A stretch of 63,260 nucleotides of DNA, filler included, from Atractiella rhizophila (lineage: Eukaryota), in NCBI GenBank assembly GCA_021432655.1. It is 5 parts of 5 records of this genome, joined end to end, with 100 filler letters (N's around TTAATTAATTAA, not from the genome) between each part and the next. Parts side by side here need not be neighbours in the genome. Positions count along the whole stretch, not along the records: positions 1 to 25,157 come from MU271780.1; 4 more parts are not named here. One strand, given 5' to 3'. How positions within the stretch are numbered: position 1 is the first letter of the stretch; each line of letters starts with the position of its first letter. Below are positions 1-13,185 of the stretch, piece by piece. The position numbers and the translations under genes are program-made. The notes beneath the pieces were generated by a model. It did not search any database, was not told where the DNA came from, and was given only the letters and a program-made list of their open reading frames with translations.

Positions 1-139
1 CTCTCCACATAAACATTCCTTTCGGACCATATAGCTCTTCAAATGCCTCCACCTAGTTATCCAAATCAATGTCCAACTTTCAGTCACAACAAAGGTGTGA
101 AATACAGTTAATCCACGCCGAAGAAGCATCAGCCCGCGA

Positions 140-1918
140 TCAACCGACTCCTGTGTCATTTTCTCTGCTACTCGTCCAATAGCATTCAAATCGTCTCGAT
201 ACTCGTCCACACAGCCCCATAACTTCTTTGCCTCGTCGCAAATCCACTGAGCAGCAAAAACCAGAGCGATATTCTCCAATTCTTGCAGGATGAACATCCG
301 CGTATGGCTTGCTGCAGACCTTGGGGAGAGAGGAAGTGTGGTTTTCCTGAATATATATTCTCGATGAGCGAGAAACCATTTTGCGTGCTGAGCTTGTAGA
401 ACGAAGAGCGCTTGAACAAGTTGAAGGAGGGAGGAGAAGGTGAGGGAAGGAACAGAAAGGGTAGCCAAGAGGGTAGTACGTCGCAAAGCGTAGAGGGAAA
501 GTGGAAGGACTTTGTTTCGACATTTTGGACCGAAAGGAGAGGGAAGACCGTCCCGGAAATGTTGCTCGGGATCAGATTGGAGGAGGGCTTTGTAGCAGGA
601 TGAGTTCGGTGCCCAGACAGACGCCGGATGTAACGTACCTTGACACGACAGAAGGTATTCCGGTGGACAATCGCTTAGCGAGAAGATGCTCAAAATATCC
701 TCGTGTCCGCTTAAAGGAAAAACGAAACGAATCAGTTACATGCAGGTAGAATGTTGGAGAGGACTCACAGGAAAGGCTGTTTGTTCACTTGTAACGCCAA
801 ATCGATGTCGATGCACTGTTCAGCGACAAACGGTCAACTCTACGAACTTATGAATGGAGGCGAGAAATCTGACCCAAATTCTAGCTCCTAAGGAGTGCAC
901 GAGTCCTTCAGCGTCTCCCCTTTTCCACAGCTCTTTGAAGTTCTCAATTGCCGCAGACAGATAACCTCGTACGATCTGAGCCTCTGATTCGTTTTGTATC
1001 CAAGGACAGAGGGACATGACAGCCTCTGTCAACGCACTGTAAATTCAGGTCACTATGGTGCCAGGGAACAGGACGGGATGAGGGAGTACAAACATGATCC
1101 CGAACAGCCCTGAACGACCCAGGCTGAAAGCAGATGAGGAAGAGGCAGAATTCATGAGATGTTTGGATAATTGTTGACAGAACGGCTCTCGAGAGCTACC
1201 AAGTTTCCGACTGCAACCAAGCTTTCAAATTAGCTATACAGTTCGCATGGAGCACATCGGGCAAGCTCACAAGTCTGGGCGGTTCCTACGCTTCAAGGGG
1301 CAGTTCGACACATCAGTTCCCAGAATTGCCTATCCACCAGCACATTAATTTATGATAAAATGGAGCTTGAGAGGCTCACAGAATGAGGACTAGCACGAGC
1401 TCCCAGTACAACCAATGCCATGACTATGATCTCAAAACAATCCCGCTGAACATCTTCTTCTACATCTAGGATCTTTTGTCCTGTAGCTCCACACTCGCTT
1501 GTCACAGTTGGCGAGAGTACGCCACTAAATCCAATCTCTCTATAACTCTTCAAGAAGGAAGGATACACGAGGGAAGATATCGGGTTTGGGGAGACAGCGA
1601 AGTAATGTTCGAGGAGGGTTTCTTTGAGGGAAGATGCGAAAGAGGAGCGATTGAGTCGCTCAGAGGCGGAATGCTCGCTCAAATCAGCCAAATGGGTTAG
1701 CGAGGTGAGGTCCAAATATTCCAGAGGTTCGTAAACGTCCCCATTCTATTTCATCGTCCGTTGCTCAGCTAAGCCTCGTCGATGACGCTTCCCCGGCTTA
1801 CAGAAGTCACTGAAGGAAACAGCCCCAACGCCTCCGGATGCTTCAAGACCAGCTCGGTAAATCTTTCCATCTCTTTTTCGCTCAATGACGGTGAAGATTG
1901 CAATGATTCCACCGCCAT
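140..1918 (-). CDS. Multi-exon hypothetical protein, possibly fungal transcription-factor-like; 3' end uncertain
   Basis: ATG at 1918 (MAVESLQSS...) splices through a GT-AG intron into ORF 1350-1715 (LLEHYF...YPSFLKSY). Further exon-like ORFs at 820-1032 and below 600. No diagnostic motif recognised. Confidence 0.5.
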
Positions 1919-2141
1919 TTTGTAGCTGGCGAGTTGCTAAGACGCGTCGACTGCTCTGCTCGTCGTTTAAAACTCGGCGGTTGTCCATATTTGTGGGTCT
2001 TCCATTCGGATATATCGGTTACTAAGCCACAAACCAGAGTAACCGGAGGCTAGGGGGCTTTGTTTCTCATTTTCAAGTAGTGACGCGGGAAGAACTTTGG
2101 ACGACTTCTAGCCCTTTACAAGACTTAGAATTATCAGCACG

Positions 2142-3457
2142 ATGTCTCGCGCGGTCGCCAGTACACTTCCATCCATCTGGCGCAGCTCCCAAGGCACATC
2201 CATACGCGCCTTCTCGAGCTCTACTGCTCGACATGCAAAGACACTGTTGTACCTCGAGCACAGGTCTGGGAAGCTCAAACCCGCATCTTTGAACGCTTTA
2301 ACGGCTGCGAAGAAGCTGGGAGAGGTTGATGGAGTGTTATTGGGAAGCAAGGAGGAGTTAGAGAGCGTGAAAGGAGAAGCTAAGAAGTGAGTGGATTCGT
2401 CAAGTCAACTGATTTGTGGGACGGAATGAGTGAGCTCGAGCTAGATTGCCCTTGCAAAAACTCCTCGTTCAAACTTCTGAAAACTTGGCACACTCGTTAC
2501 CTGAACCGTCAGCTCCCGTGCTCGCCAAATTGATCGAGGAAGGAGGCTACACGCACTTTGTAGGCGGTCATACCGCAACGGGGAAGAACATCTTCCCTCG
2601 CGTCGCTGCCAAGCTGGATGTCGAGCAAGTGCGCTCCTTTCTCTCTTCTCAATTCATACTCGTGGTTGATGACCAAAGGAGATCTCGGATGTCTCTAAAG
2701 TCTTGGGAGAAGGAGAATTTGAACGGCCGATTTACGCTGGAAACGCACTTGCAACGGTCTCTACAGAAGATAAATACAAGGTTCTAACTATCCGTGCAAG
2801 CGCTTACGAGGCTACGAAGGACGGTAGCTCAGAGGCAGAGCTAGCAGAAGCGGAGGCAGCCAACATCGGCTCAGGTATGCCACCACCTTTCATTTCACGA
2901 AAAATTAAACTCACAGGTTTCTGACAGCTCTCTCGACCTGGATCTCCGACGAGCTCGTAACCTCCTCCCGTCCAGACCTCGGCTCTGCTTCACGGGTCGT
3001 TTCAGGCGGAAGAGCGTTGAAGAACAAAGAAAACTTTGACTCTCTCATCGTTCCCCTCGCCGACGCTTTTGGGGCTGCAGTCGGCGCCAGTCGGGCTGCC
3101 GTCGACAGTGGGTATGCCGACAACTCCTTGCAAGTCGGACAGACTGGAAAGGTCGTCGCTCCTGAGCTGTATGTGGCTGTGGGAATTTCGGGAGCCATTC
3201 AGCATTTGGCTGGCATGAAGGATTCGAAGGTCATCGTCGCGATTAACAAAGTATGCTCTTTTGCTGTTGTCTAATCAGGAATCGCTGATGCGTTGGGGAC
3301 GCAGGACCCAGAAGCACCCATCTTCCAGGTTGCGGATGTGGGATTGGTTGCGTGAGTCTGCTCATTGCTAGGTCATCCAGGTTTAATTGATCCGCCATGG
3401 AATAGTGATTTGTACGACGCCGTCCCAGAGCTGACAGAGAAGGTTAAACAGGCGTAG
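2142..3457 (+). CDS. ETFA: Electron transfer flavoprotein alpha subunit, mitochondrial (multi-exon)
   Basis: Presequence-like N-terminus. Motifs [69 protein letters not shown]. Stop TAG at 3455-3457. Confidence 0.96.
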
Positions 3458-3711
3458 ACACCTTTGTACAAATGTAAATTCAGTTTACCAGAGGTTCCTC
3501 TAGCTCAGGAGACCGCGAAATTGTCCTGCAGACTGAGAATCGCTTAAATATGGAGCATCTTGTTTCACCATGCGAGATGAATGCATAATTAATGCAAATC
3601 CATTTTACCCCAACAAACATGCGTGACACAACATTACCAGTCTAATACCATTAAACAAGCCGTTCATGAAGTTGGCATGACATGAGAATAGAAAGCCCGT
3701 GAAAAGAGGCC

Positions 3712-5758
3712 TCAGACAAGCATACCAGCAATAGCAGCGGTCTGGAGAGTCGCGATGAAACCGCAAATGAGGGCGGAGGGACCGACGCGAGAGATGACGA
3801 CCTTTTGATTGTCGGCCAAGGAGGACAGCACTCCGATTTGGATTCCGAGCGATGAGAGGTTGGCGAATCCACAGAGGGAGAAGACTGCGATTGTGAAAGC
3901 ACGCTGGCTGAGGGTGGGGATGAGGGGTTGGAGGTCGCTGTAAGCGACGAACTCGTTCTATTCACATCCGTTCAGCTTTTGTTCGCATCCAAAATAGTGC
4001 ACTTACGGCGACAAGCTTGACGCCAATGAGCCTGGAGACCGTGAGAAGTTCTCCTTGAGGTACTCCGATTAACCACGCAATTGGGTAGAAGATGTATTGG
4101 AAGATGAGTTCGAGAGTGAGGTGGTGGATTCCGAAAGATTTTCCGGTCCTTCGATGTGGATAAGCAAACAAATAGTGAGGTTGGCGTTATGATGAGACAC
4201 ATACCAGGTAAGGAAACCGTCAATGGCGGCAATGAGGGAGAGGAGGGTAGCGACGTTGGCAAGGATCATACCAGCGACGCGGAGACCAAACCAAGCACCG
4301 TTGGAGTAGGCGTGCAAGATGTTGACGGCATCGTCGTTATCTCGGGCGACGACAACGCGTCCCTTAGTGAGAGGCTCTCCCTCCTCTGGGTATCGAAGCT
4401 TAGAGATGGCAATGGAGGCAGGGATGGACATGACAGCGGAAGTGACGAGGTAACTGGCAGGCATTCCAAGAGAGACGTAAGCTCCCAAGACAGATCCTGC
4501 GATGGTCGCGAAACCAGAAGTCATGGTCTGGTGAATCTGCACCCAAATGTGTTCAACGTTTGCATCACAGGAAGTCGAAAAAACTAAACATACCTCTGAA
4601 GGCGTCATCATCGCGACATAAGGGCGGACCAAACAAGCAGACTCTCCCTGACCGATGAAAGGAGAGGAAGCAGCAACGACAGCTTCTGCACCAGAGATCC
4701 TGAGGGTCTTGAAGAAGAACCAGGCAAATTTCTCAATGATCCACTGCATAGCTCCAATGTAGTAAGCGGCCTGCACGAAGGCGATGAAGAAGATGATGGC
4801 AGCAAGGGTCGAGACGAAGAACAAGTGCTGGCTGGCAAGGGTCGCGCCGAAGAAGAAGGAAGCACCAGCTTGAGCGCAGCCAAGGAAATCCTGGGCGAGC
4901 TGAGCAATCCCTGAATACATCATTGACTCAGTTTCTCATACTACGGCAAATGTAAAGAACACTCACAGTTAAAGAAGTCGAAACCAGCACCAGTCTTGAA
5001 GACCAAAAGAGCAAGGATCTGCTGGAATCCAAGACCGACAATGACGGTATCTACCAACCGCCCATCAGCCCTAATCTTTCAAACCAACCAAAGAGCTGAC
5101 CCCATTGGACTTTACGAATGTTCGTCGAAGTAAGGGCGAAAGCAGCTTGGAAAACGGCCAATCCAAAGAGACATCTCGCCCTGTCACCGTAGTTCGAGCC
5201 GTCCCTGAGTTCGACACCGAAGGCGGTTCCAAGCACCAAAGCGAGCAGACTGACGACTCCCAGACCAAGCCTGGCGACGTAAGGCAAGGCCCAGAACGGT
5301 TTGCCGACGACAGTGTTCCAAGCAGCACCAATGGGCTTTCCCAGAGGCGAGAAGGGGATGTGCCGCGAGATGATGCAGAGGAGGAAGAACCAGGCAAGGA
5401 TGGTGGATTGGATCCAACGATGACGGGTCGCCTTGAGGACAATGCCAGAGATCCACCATCTACAATTCTTATTCGCTTTCTCCATTGAAATCAAAAAAGT
5501 TTAGGAACTGACGCAAGGATCAAAGCAAAAAGACCAATCTACAAATCCGTCAGCGACAGGGCGTCATGTCAAAGAGAAACCAACATGAATGGGAATCCTA
5601 AGCTTTTGGTATAATCCACTCTTTTTCTCGCTGTGGGCTGGCTCTACGTCATGAGTAGTCGTCTCTCCCTCCTTCAAATCAGCCTTCTCGTCAGTCGACA
5701 CGCCAGAGCTCGTCCTCCTCTGAGGCTCCGGCTTGTTGTACATGGGCAGGACGGTCAT
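3712..5758 (-). CDS. Concentrative nucleoside transporter (CNT/SLC28 family), multi-exon
   Basis: Motifs [31 protein letters not shown] and [13 protein letters not shown]-terminus ...AAIAGMLV*. Confidence 0.92.
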
Positions 5759-7031
5759 CTATGGCACGGCACGTCCATGAGACGGCATTAGCTCGAGATT
5801 GGGAAACGTACGTTAGACACGTCCTTCTTCTCCTCCACGACGGGGGCAGATTGACTAGGATCCATTTCTGCTTCTTGTCAAGGGAACTGCTGCTGAACGA
5901 ATGAGGAGCAGGCAAAAGCAGTGGTCAAGCCCAGGGAGCGATACGAAAAAAATTTCGATGGGTCACTCGACAGCGAGGTGGGGAGTTTTTATCGCAAGCT
6001 CACAACCTTATCAACCACTGAATAATGGCACTGCCGAGATCCACCACATGCTTTGCCATTGATAAGGTACGGTTCCGCTTTACCAAAAGCCCGATGTGAG
6101 CGAAAAACTGCGAAATATAAAGATGGGGAAAGCAGCGGATGTCAGGAGGCATAATGATACAATGCAACGATGTTAGCAGAGGCATATGTGGACTGCACAC
6201 TAGCCTGAAAGCCCTCCCAAAAACCAGAAAGGCCTTACAGCGCGGAGGTCGCGTGGATCTGGTGATGTGTGATGAACGAGATAGAACAACATCATCGCCA
6301 TTTCGAATGCGCAGGCATGTGCGTGTTGATACCGAAAAGTGAACCCAAATGAATGCAAGGATTGAAAGTCGGGAAGCCTTGACTGCGTGATCAACAAGCG
6401 AGCGCAAGGCGACTCGTTCATCTTCCTCTCTTGGAGTTCTCAATCAAAATCAGAAGACATGAAAATGACATGTCTGACATGTCAAGCCATCACAATCTTC
6501 GTCCCTCAAACACGGCCTCTTGAACTATGCATTTGCGCAGTTGAGTTCTTTCAGACTTGCAATGTCAAGACAATGTGAATCTGGCAATCTGATGGATGAT
6601 TCGCCAGGAGTTGTGGCGCTGAAAAGGCAAATCATTACAATGCTCACCAGCACCAATCGCGGCTGCCCAGATTCACTGTTTCAATCAAGTCCATCAAGCA
6701 GCTTCCGCGTCGCCAAACATTTCTAACACACATACGCGACGCCGCCCAGTGGTACGGTATGGCTCAAGTTGAGTGGCTGTTTGAAAGAGTTAGTTGCTTT
6801 TGGGAGAAAAGCTCACAGGAAGAGGAAAAGGGAACGTTATTTATTGTAATTACCGTTCGTCTGACTTGCCAATTGGTGCAAGCAGGTTCAAGCGCTTCGA
6901 ATTGGAGCTCGATTTCACGAGACCAATTGATGCCATTGATGCTATACAACTTGTCCATGTTCAACATAACGTTACATTGATGGGCTGAAATAAACGAGAT
7001 TACTTTGGGAGAAATAGGCGCTTGGAAGCCT

Positions 7032-8446
7032 TCAGAAATTTTGTGTATCCAAGACTTCCCTTCCACGTCCTATGGTGATTTGTAGGCCATGTCCCTTCCA
7101 ATTCGGCGCAATTTTCTTCTCTGAAGAATCCGTGATTTCCTTCGGTGCGCCATCACGGATTCCACCTTGAAAAAGCTCGTAACTAGGCATATATCTACAC
7201 GCACATCAGTCTCGAGTGCAGATGCTGACTTGAAATGCTCACCTAGATATAAAAGCTTTCACCTCCTCATCTGACATCCCCTTCCCCCCATTCTTAGCCT
7301 TCATGTTATGCTCTTGCTCCAGCCTCCACTCCCAGACATAATCTGTCTTCTCTGGATTAATCTGCACGAAACAATCTATCTCTTTCCACAACGCTTGATA
7401 AGCGATCAACCTCCGATTCGAGTCCAACAGCGTTTCGAGACTGTATCTCTTGATCCATTCTCCATCCTTCGCGTTCTCCCAACGCTCCACCAAATGTCGT
7501 TCCGCAAGGGGAGAGAAACCAACCATCCAGCCTTCAAAGATCACAATCTCCACTTCTTTTGCTAAACTAACATCTACCACCATTCCCCCACTCACCCGAT
7601 CGCCACGTCCGGCGTGTAAACTCTTGTCGTATGAAGGAAGCGTCAGCTCTTCTCTCCTTCTCAATTTCCCAAAAACCTCAAGAGCTAACGGCAAATCATG
7701 TGTGCCCGGTGGACCGCGGCCGGTTAGAAGATCGTTGGAAGGATGCTGGCGGGAAAGTGAAGATTGCTCTTGGAAGGGAAGATAGAGATCATCCAGTGAA
7801 AGGATGAGCGTTTTGTACGAATGTGGAGGGGACGGTAGCGAGATCTCGAGGAGACGAGAGAGATGGGATTTACCTGGATTGGACGTCAGTAAGATGAATG
7901 GGGTGGATCAGCCATACAACGTCACAAATGACAAGATGCAAGAATCAAGACATCCAAGCCACATTCACAGATTATTGCGAATGTAGGTTCAATTCTCTGC
8001 ACCAAAGATGATCACACTGGAAGGTCGTGTCTCGCAGAAGAAGAGCATACAATATTGGTCAATAGCAATAGATATGATCACACACACTTTCATCTTGCCA
8101 TTTCTCGAAAACAGATGGCAGTCGGCACAATGATATCGCGCAAACTTTTCACACAAGACTTTTGATTCCAAAAACAAGCATTGAGTTGCGCCCCAGTGGA
8201 AGTAGCAGAATACAAGAAACAGTCGCCCTCTTCAAAGTTTCGAAGGCATCCGAGACTAAACTCACCACTGCCTTGAGGTCCTTGTATGCCGACAAACAAA
8301 GGGTCTTTTCTGACCTCCTTGTGCCGCTTCAGCTGCTCAACGATGAAGTCTACCACGATCTGTGGTTTGCTTGACATCTTGCGAAACGGGATTGCTGAAA
8401 ACAGGCGTGAGTTATGGCTCGTCAATCTGCACAGGCGTCTGAGCAT
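7032..8446 (-). CDS. P-loop kinase of the TDA10 / D-glycerate 3-kinase family
   Basis: Walker A GIQGPQGSGKS is split by intron 7874-8265. Also RGPPGTHD, YDKSLHAGRGDR, IFEGWMVGF, WRLEQEH and RYMPSYE. Confidence 0.85.
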
Positions 8447-8608
8447 AAGCGAGGGTTTTAAGACCCTTTATGAAAAAGATTAAACAACAGATGGAGGGAC
8501 GGTTCAGCCAAGCTGACATCGTGCCGAAATATGGTTCATTAGGCGGGTAGTCAGCTTGAAACCGTAGTCTCACTCTAGTCTTTCACTGACACATCTTGGA
8601 CTTGGTGG

Positions 8609-10122
8609 ATGTTTTTGTCTCGGTTTCCTCGAAAGGTTGCACTTCGAATATCCCCTCAGATCCATCGCACATCTCTGTCTGTCATGAGCAACGAAAATAA
8701 AAAGTTGATCGGAACACATTCTGGCACTTTTCATGCTGATGAAGCTTTGGCTGTCTTTTTGGTTAAAACTCTGGATGAGTACAAGGATGCTAGTGCGTTG
8801 TCCCTCTTCAAGGGAACCAGGGGGAGCTTGGAAAGACATCTGCTCATTTTCTATACTCTGGTCAAAAGAGCTTGCTACAAGATCACGAAATCGTGCTCTG
8901 GCTTTTGCTTTGTTAGCTTCTTTCACAGCGAAGCACCTCTGAGTGCACAGGATGTTGGTGAAGAGTCTTCCTTTATCACAAGTTTTCAATCAATGTGTTG
9001 AGCTATCACTGCCTGTTTGGCGCAAATTAGAGGCAAAGCTGCTTGGTTCTGTGTGTCGGTACTGATTACGATGTTTTCATGTCTAGATCTAGTACGCACG
9101 CGAGATCCAGCAATCTTGTCGACTTGCGACATCGTAATGGATGTTGGTGGGGTGTACGATCCGTCCATCCATCGCTATGACCATCACCAGCGTTCTTTCG
9201 ACACAACATATTCTCCAGCATACCGCACCAAGCTGTCATCTGCAGGTTTGATTTACAAACATTTTGGAGAGCGCATCATCACCGAAAGACTCCAGCTTCA
9301 TGGTCAGGCGGAGAAAGTAAAAATCCTGCAGGAGAAGCTGTATGAAAGCTTTGTTGAGGGGTTGGATGGGAATGATAATGGTGTGGAGATGTATGGAATC
9401 GAATGGGTTGGGTCAAATCGTGAAAGTGATGGCGAGCCGCCAGAAAAGAGGGTCAAGGTTGACGGACCTCAACCAAAAATCAAAAGGAACTACAAGTCGT
9501 CAACGGATCTTCCTTCGAGGATCAGCAGAGTACGCACTTGGGTTTCTCCTCGCATCTTGTTTCTGAACCTTTTCACAAGCTGAATCCGGCTTGGAACGTC
9601 TCCAGTACTCCTGCAGATCAAGATGATCTATTCCTCAAAGCGTCCGTCCTCGCTGGTGGGGAGTTCTTCGAAGCTCTCCAAAGCCTGCACGATTCTTGGT
9701 TCCCAGCGCGGGAGATCGTCGAGAGAGCCTTCAAAGGACGAAAGAACGGCATTATTGAGCTGGAGAAGTTCGCACCTTGGAAGGTATGGATTATTCCGTC
9801 CTCTAAATCCTATGATTCAAGTTGGAGCTGTCCTTAGGATCATCTCTCAACACTTGAAGAGGAAGCAAAAGATTTCTCGATACTTTACATCCTTTATCCC
9901 GAAGATGGTCCAAATTGGAGAGTCCAAGCCGTGCCGAAAGAAGAAGGCAGCTTTGAGAGCCGGAAAGCGCTGCCAGAGCCTTGGAGAGGTGTAAGGGACG
10001 ATCAGTTGAGCAAGTTGACTGGGATTGATGGTTGTGTCTTCGTTCATGCCAGTGGTTTCATCGGAGGGAACAAAACAAAAGAGGGGGCTTTACAGATGGC
10101 TCAAAAAGCTGTCGACGCGTAG
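8609..10122 (+). CDS. MYG1: MYG1 family exonuclease/metal-dependent hydrolase (UPF0160)
   Basis: IGTHSGTFHADEALA, DVGGVYD, RYDHHQR, KLSSAGLIYKHFG, FVHASGFIGGN. Confidence 0.94.
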
Positions 10123-10493
10123 CGTCTGCAAATCCGCTGACAACGACATGTTGCGAGCGATGTAGTTGTAGTTGACATTGTCTTACTGTGCTGTTACACC
10201 TGATAAATTCGATAAAAATTCCGTTTCAGTAACCCAACCTGACGTACAGAGCATCTTTACAAGCGTCACTGCACACTCCATCTCCATCCCACGGGCTTGT
10301 TTTTCTCACAATGCCTGCCTTGTCCGTCCTTGTCTGACCATCGTAAAGCCATTTAATCCCTTTCGTCGCGAAAGGGACCTGATTGTTCTCTTCTCCAAAC
10401 ATTAACAGCTTCCTTTGAACCGAACTCGGACTTGTTTGACCACCTCCACCTCCACTCCATCTTTCGGAAAGCTGCTTAACTCACGACCTCCTC

Positions 10494-12807
10494 ATGATAA
10501 GCTCAGAGGAGGGTATACGAGGGATTAGTACACTGCATTACAGCACATTGTCTCAAGATGTTTGGACGCTTTTGGGGAAAGGTGAAGGTTACGGAACGCT
10601 TGAAGCCTATGTATCCTGTTTCTGCTCACATCTTCGGAATCAGCGGAGGAGGTATAAGGTATATATTGAACTGGAGACTTCATTCAATTAAGGTAATTAC
10701 TCAATTCTCTCTTCAGTATTCAAATATTCAAAGATGCACTTAGAACCTGGTTGTGAAGCCTGTCGAAGCTCAGCAGTGGATTGCTTTCGAACGGGCTCCT
10801 CTTTCACCTGCGACAACTGCGTCCAACATGCAAAAGAGTGCATCTTCTCATGTCACGTACCCCGACAGATCAGCACGCGTCCAGCTCAGCTTTCAGATAA
10901 AAGGTTTGTATTTGAATGTGAAACCTCGTTGCGGCCTAACCTTGTTCTCCAGATGGGATTTGGACCAGCTCTCTCACAAGTCAAATTATACATCCAGCAG
11001 ACAACTTGAAGCGGACGTTACTCGAATCAAGTCAAAACGAAAAAGGCATACAGAAAGTACCACTGCGGTTAAGCGATTGAAATCGTCCTCGCCCATAGAC
11101 GCAAGCCCGCCGCGAGGAAGTTTGATACCACACCTTCAATTGATTTTGAGCGACTTACCGGTTGGTCTCCCCCTAAATCATTGACTTTTCTAACCAATTT
11201 CATTTCTTCGCCAAGTCTTTAATCGTCTATCCATCAGCAGCAGACGGCTCGCAGGTCGTAAGTTTCTTCGTGATCGTTCCCTAGCCCCTAGTAAGGGAAA
11301 GTACAGGATCTATCCAGCTTAAACCCATCATCAGACGACTCTGCTTCATGTATACCAATTACTCTTCAAGAAAGAGCAGAAGTCGAGAAAAAATACAAAG
11401 AATGGAAAGTAACAGTCAGCAGTCTACTGGAAGAAGCACTGTTGCCACAATCACCTTTGCGTCGACCGTCGTTGGAAAGCTTGAGTGACCTCGTGCAGCT
11501 AGGACAAGCCTTGGTAGATGAATACCCAGTGCGTATTATTCTCTGATTCAGGCGCAGCTGAGACTCCTACAGGACCCACTGGTATGGGACATTCTCACAG
11601 AAATATCTCTCAAACATCTGTCTGTTCTATGGTGGACGTCAGGCGAGGAACGAAAGTCAATCTTAGAGGAGTGTTTCAGGATATTATGTGTAGGTCTTGC
11701 AGCGAACCACATCTTCGTCGCTGACTGTGATCGTGAAGAGGATTGACAATCACAAAGGCTTTCTTTATGCTTGCGAACCTAAGATGTAAGTTCCCCATTC
11801 GAATGTCGATATTGGCTCAAGGTACTTGAAGATCTGAGGAACACTGCATTCGTTACCTGCCACATTACCAACACTACCTTGATTTGGGCTTCGCCTTCGA
11901 ACTCCACCTGATGACTCCGTCATCGTCATCACTTCATGATTGCTTGTCATACCTCGAAAGAGTCACCAGGGCTCTGATCTATTCTGGTAGGCCTATAATT
12001 CACTCCGATCCATCTCATTCTTACCTCCCAATTATCAGAGCAGAACCTTGTCTTAGACGATGGTACAAAATACGTCGATGAGATCGTGCCCCTTGCGATG
12101 GCTGTGACATCTTTTCAAGAGCAGTGGCATATACACTTTCCGACAGCTTTACTAGACTTCCCTACGATAATTGGGACACCAAGCGACGACGCTAGCCTTT
12201 CAGTATCATTTGGGGACTCTCAATTCCCTATTCTTTTCGTGAACGAAGTGGTGGCATCTATGACCCGCCACGCATTGGCCCTCGCCATCCTTCTTTCTCA
12301 AGAGCAACATTTGCATGATTCAATCTCACAAGAACTTCGCGATATCACTCAACGGCGATTAGACGAGCAGCTCGTCTACTCTATTAGCTACCTGTCTGAA
12401 GCTTTCAAAACATCAGAAAGATGTGGTCTGGCGGATTCAGCAACTCCTTTTCTTTGGCAACGAAGCATAATGGCGGAGCTTCGTCTTATGGACGGTGGAT
12501 GGTTTGCAAGATGGATGCAAAGCCAGAATAACGCGCGACTCCGAGATGATGGGTTTCTGTGCGTGTCTCCTTCCAACAAAATGCTTTTACTGAAGGTGGT
12601 ATTAGCATGATGAAGAGATGCGAAAGGATCCTGTGGCCTAGCAGCAAAATGGCCCAATTCATGCAAGATTTTGAGGATGAAAACTCCCTAGTACAGCATC
12701 AACCCCTACAATGTTTGCTGTTGGATTCTTCATCTGACATTTCATATTATGATCGCAGTTCCTCGCCCATGTTGGATGATTTCCGAACTACTCTTCCTTA
12801 TTTTTAG
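10494..12807 (+). CDS. Zn(II)2Cys6 binuclear-cluster transcription factor, multi-exon; start uncertain
   Basis: CEAC-x6-C-x8-CDNC-x6-C at ~10752-10845 matches the Gal4-type spacing. Downstream exon-like ORFs run to 12807. Confidence 0.7.
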
Positions 12808-13185
12808 TCACACGTTTCAGCATCGCTACTTTCGTATTGTATTGATTGTCCTATAATCGCTCCATATAATCGAAAATTTCTCATGTTATAAACGTGTACT
12901 CGACTTGTATGAGCTTCCCTATCGTGTTGGAAGCTCGCTCCTCACGAGATTCCATCAACCAGACAGTGTCCGTCCTCTCAAACTAACTGATTCGGTTCAA
13001 ATCAGCACACCAACATGACTTTTTTGGTTTCTGATTCCCCTCTCAATGCTGAGTAAGCCGATATTAATCACAGCTTTATAGCAGCCCAGCCTGCATACCA
13101 CCAATTTGTAGCAAACATTCAATAGCATCAAATCCTAATAGCGCAGCGCCGTTGTTCTTGAATGAGAAAGAGTGCCGATTCTTAG

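Noticed and set aside
8225..8812. Shared CCCTCTTCAA in the first introns of the divergent TDA10-like and MYG1 genes
   Set aside because: Only 10 nt, which is compatible with chance.
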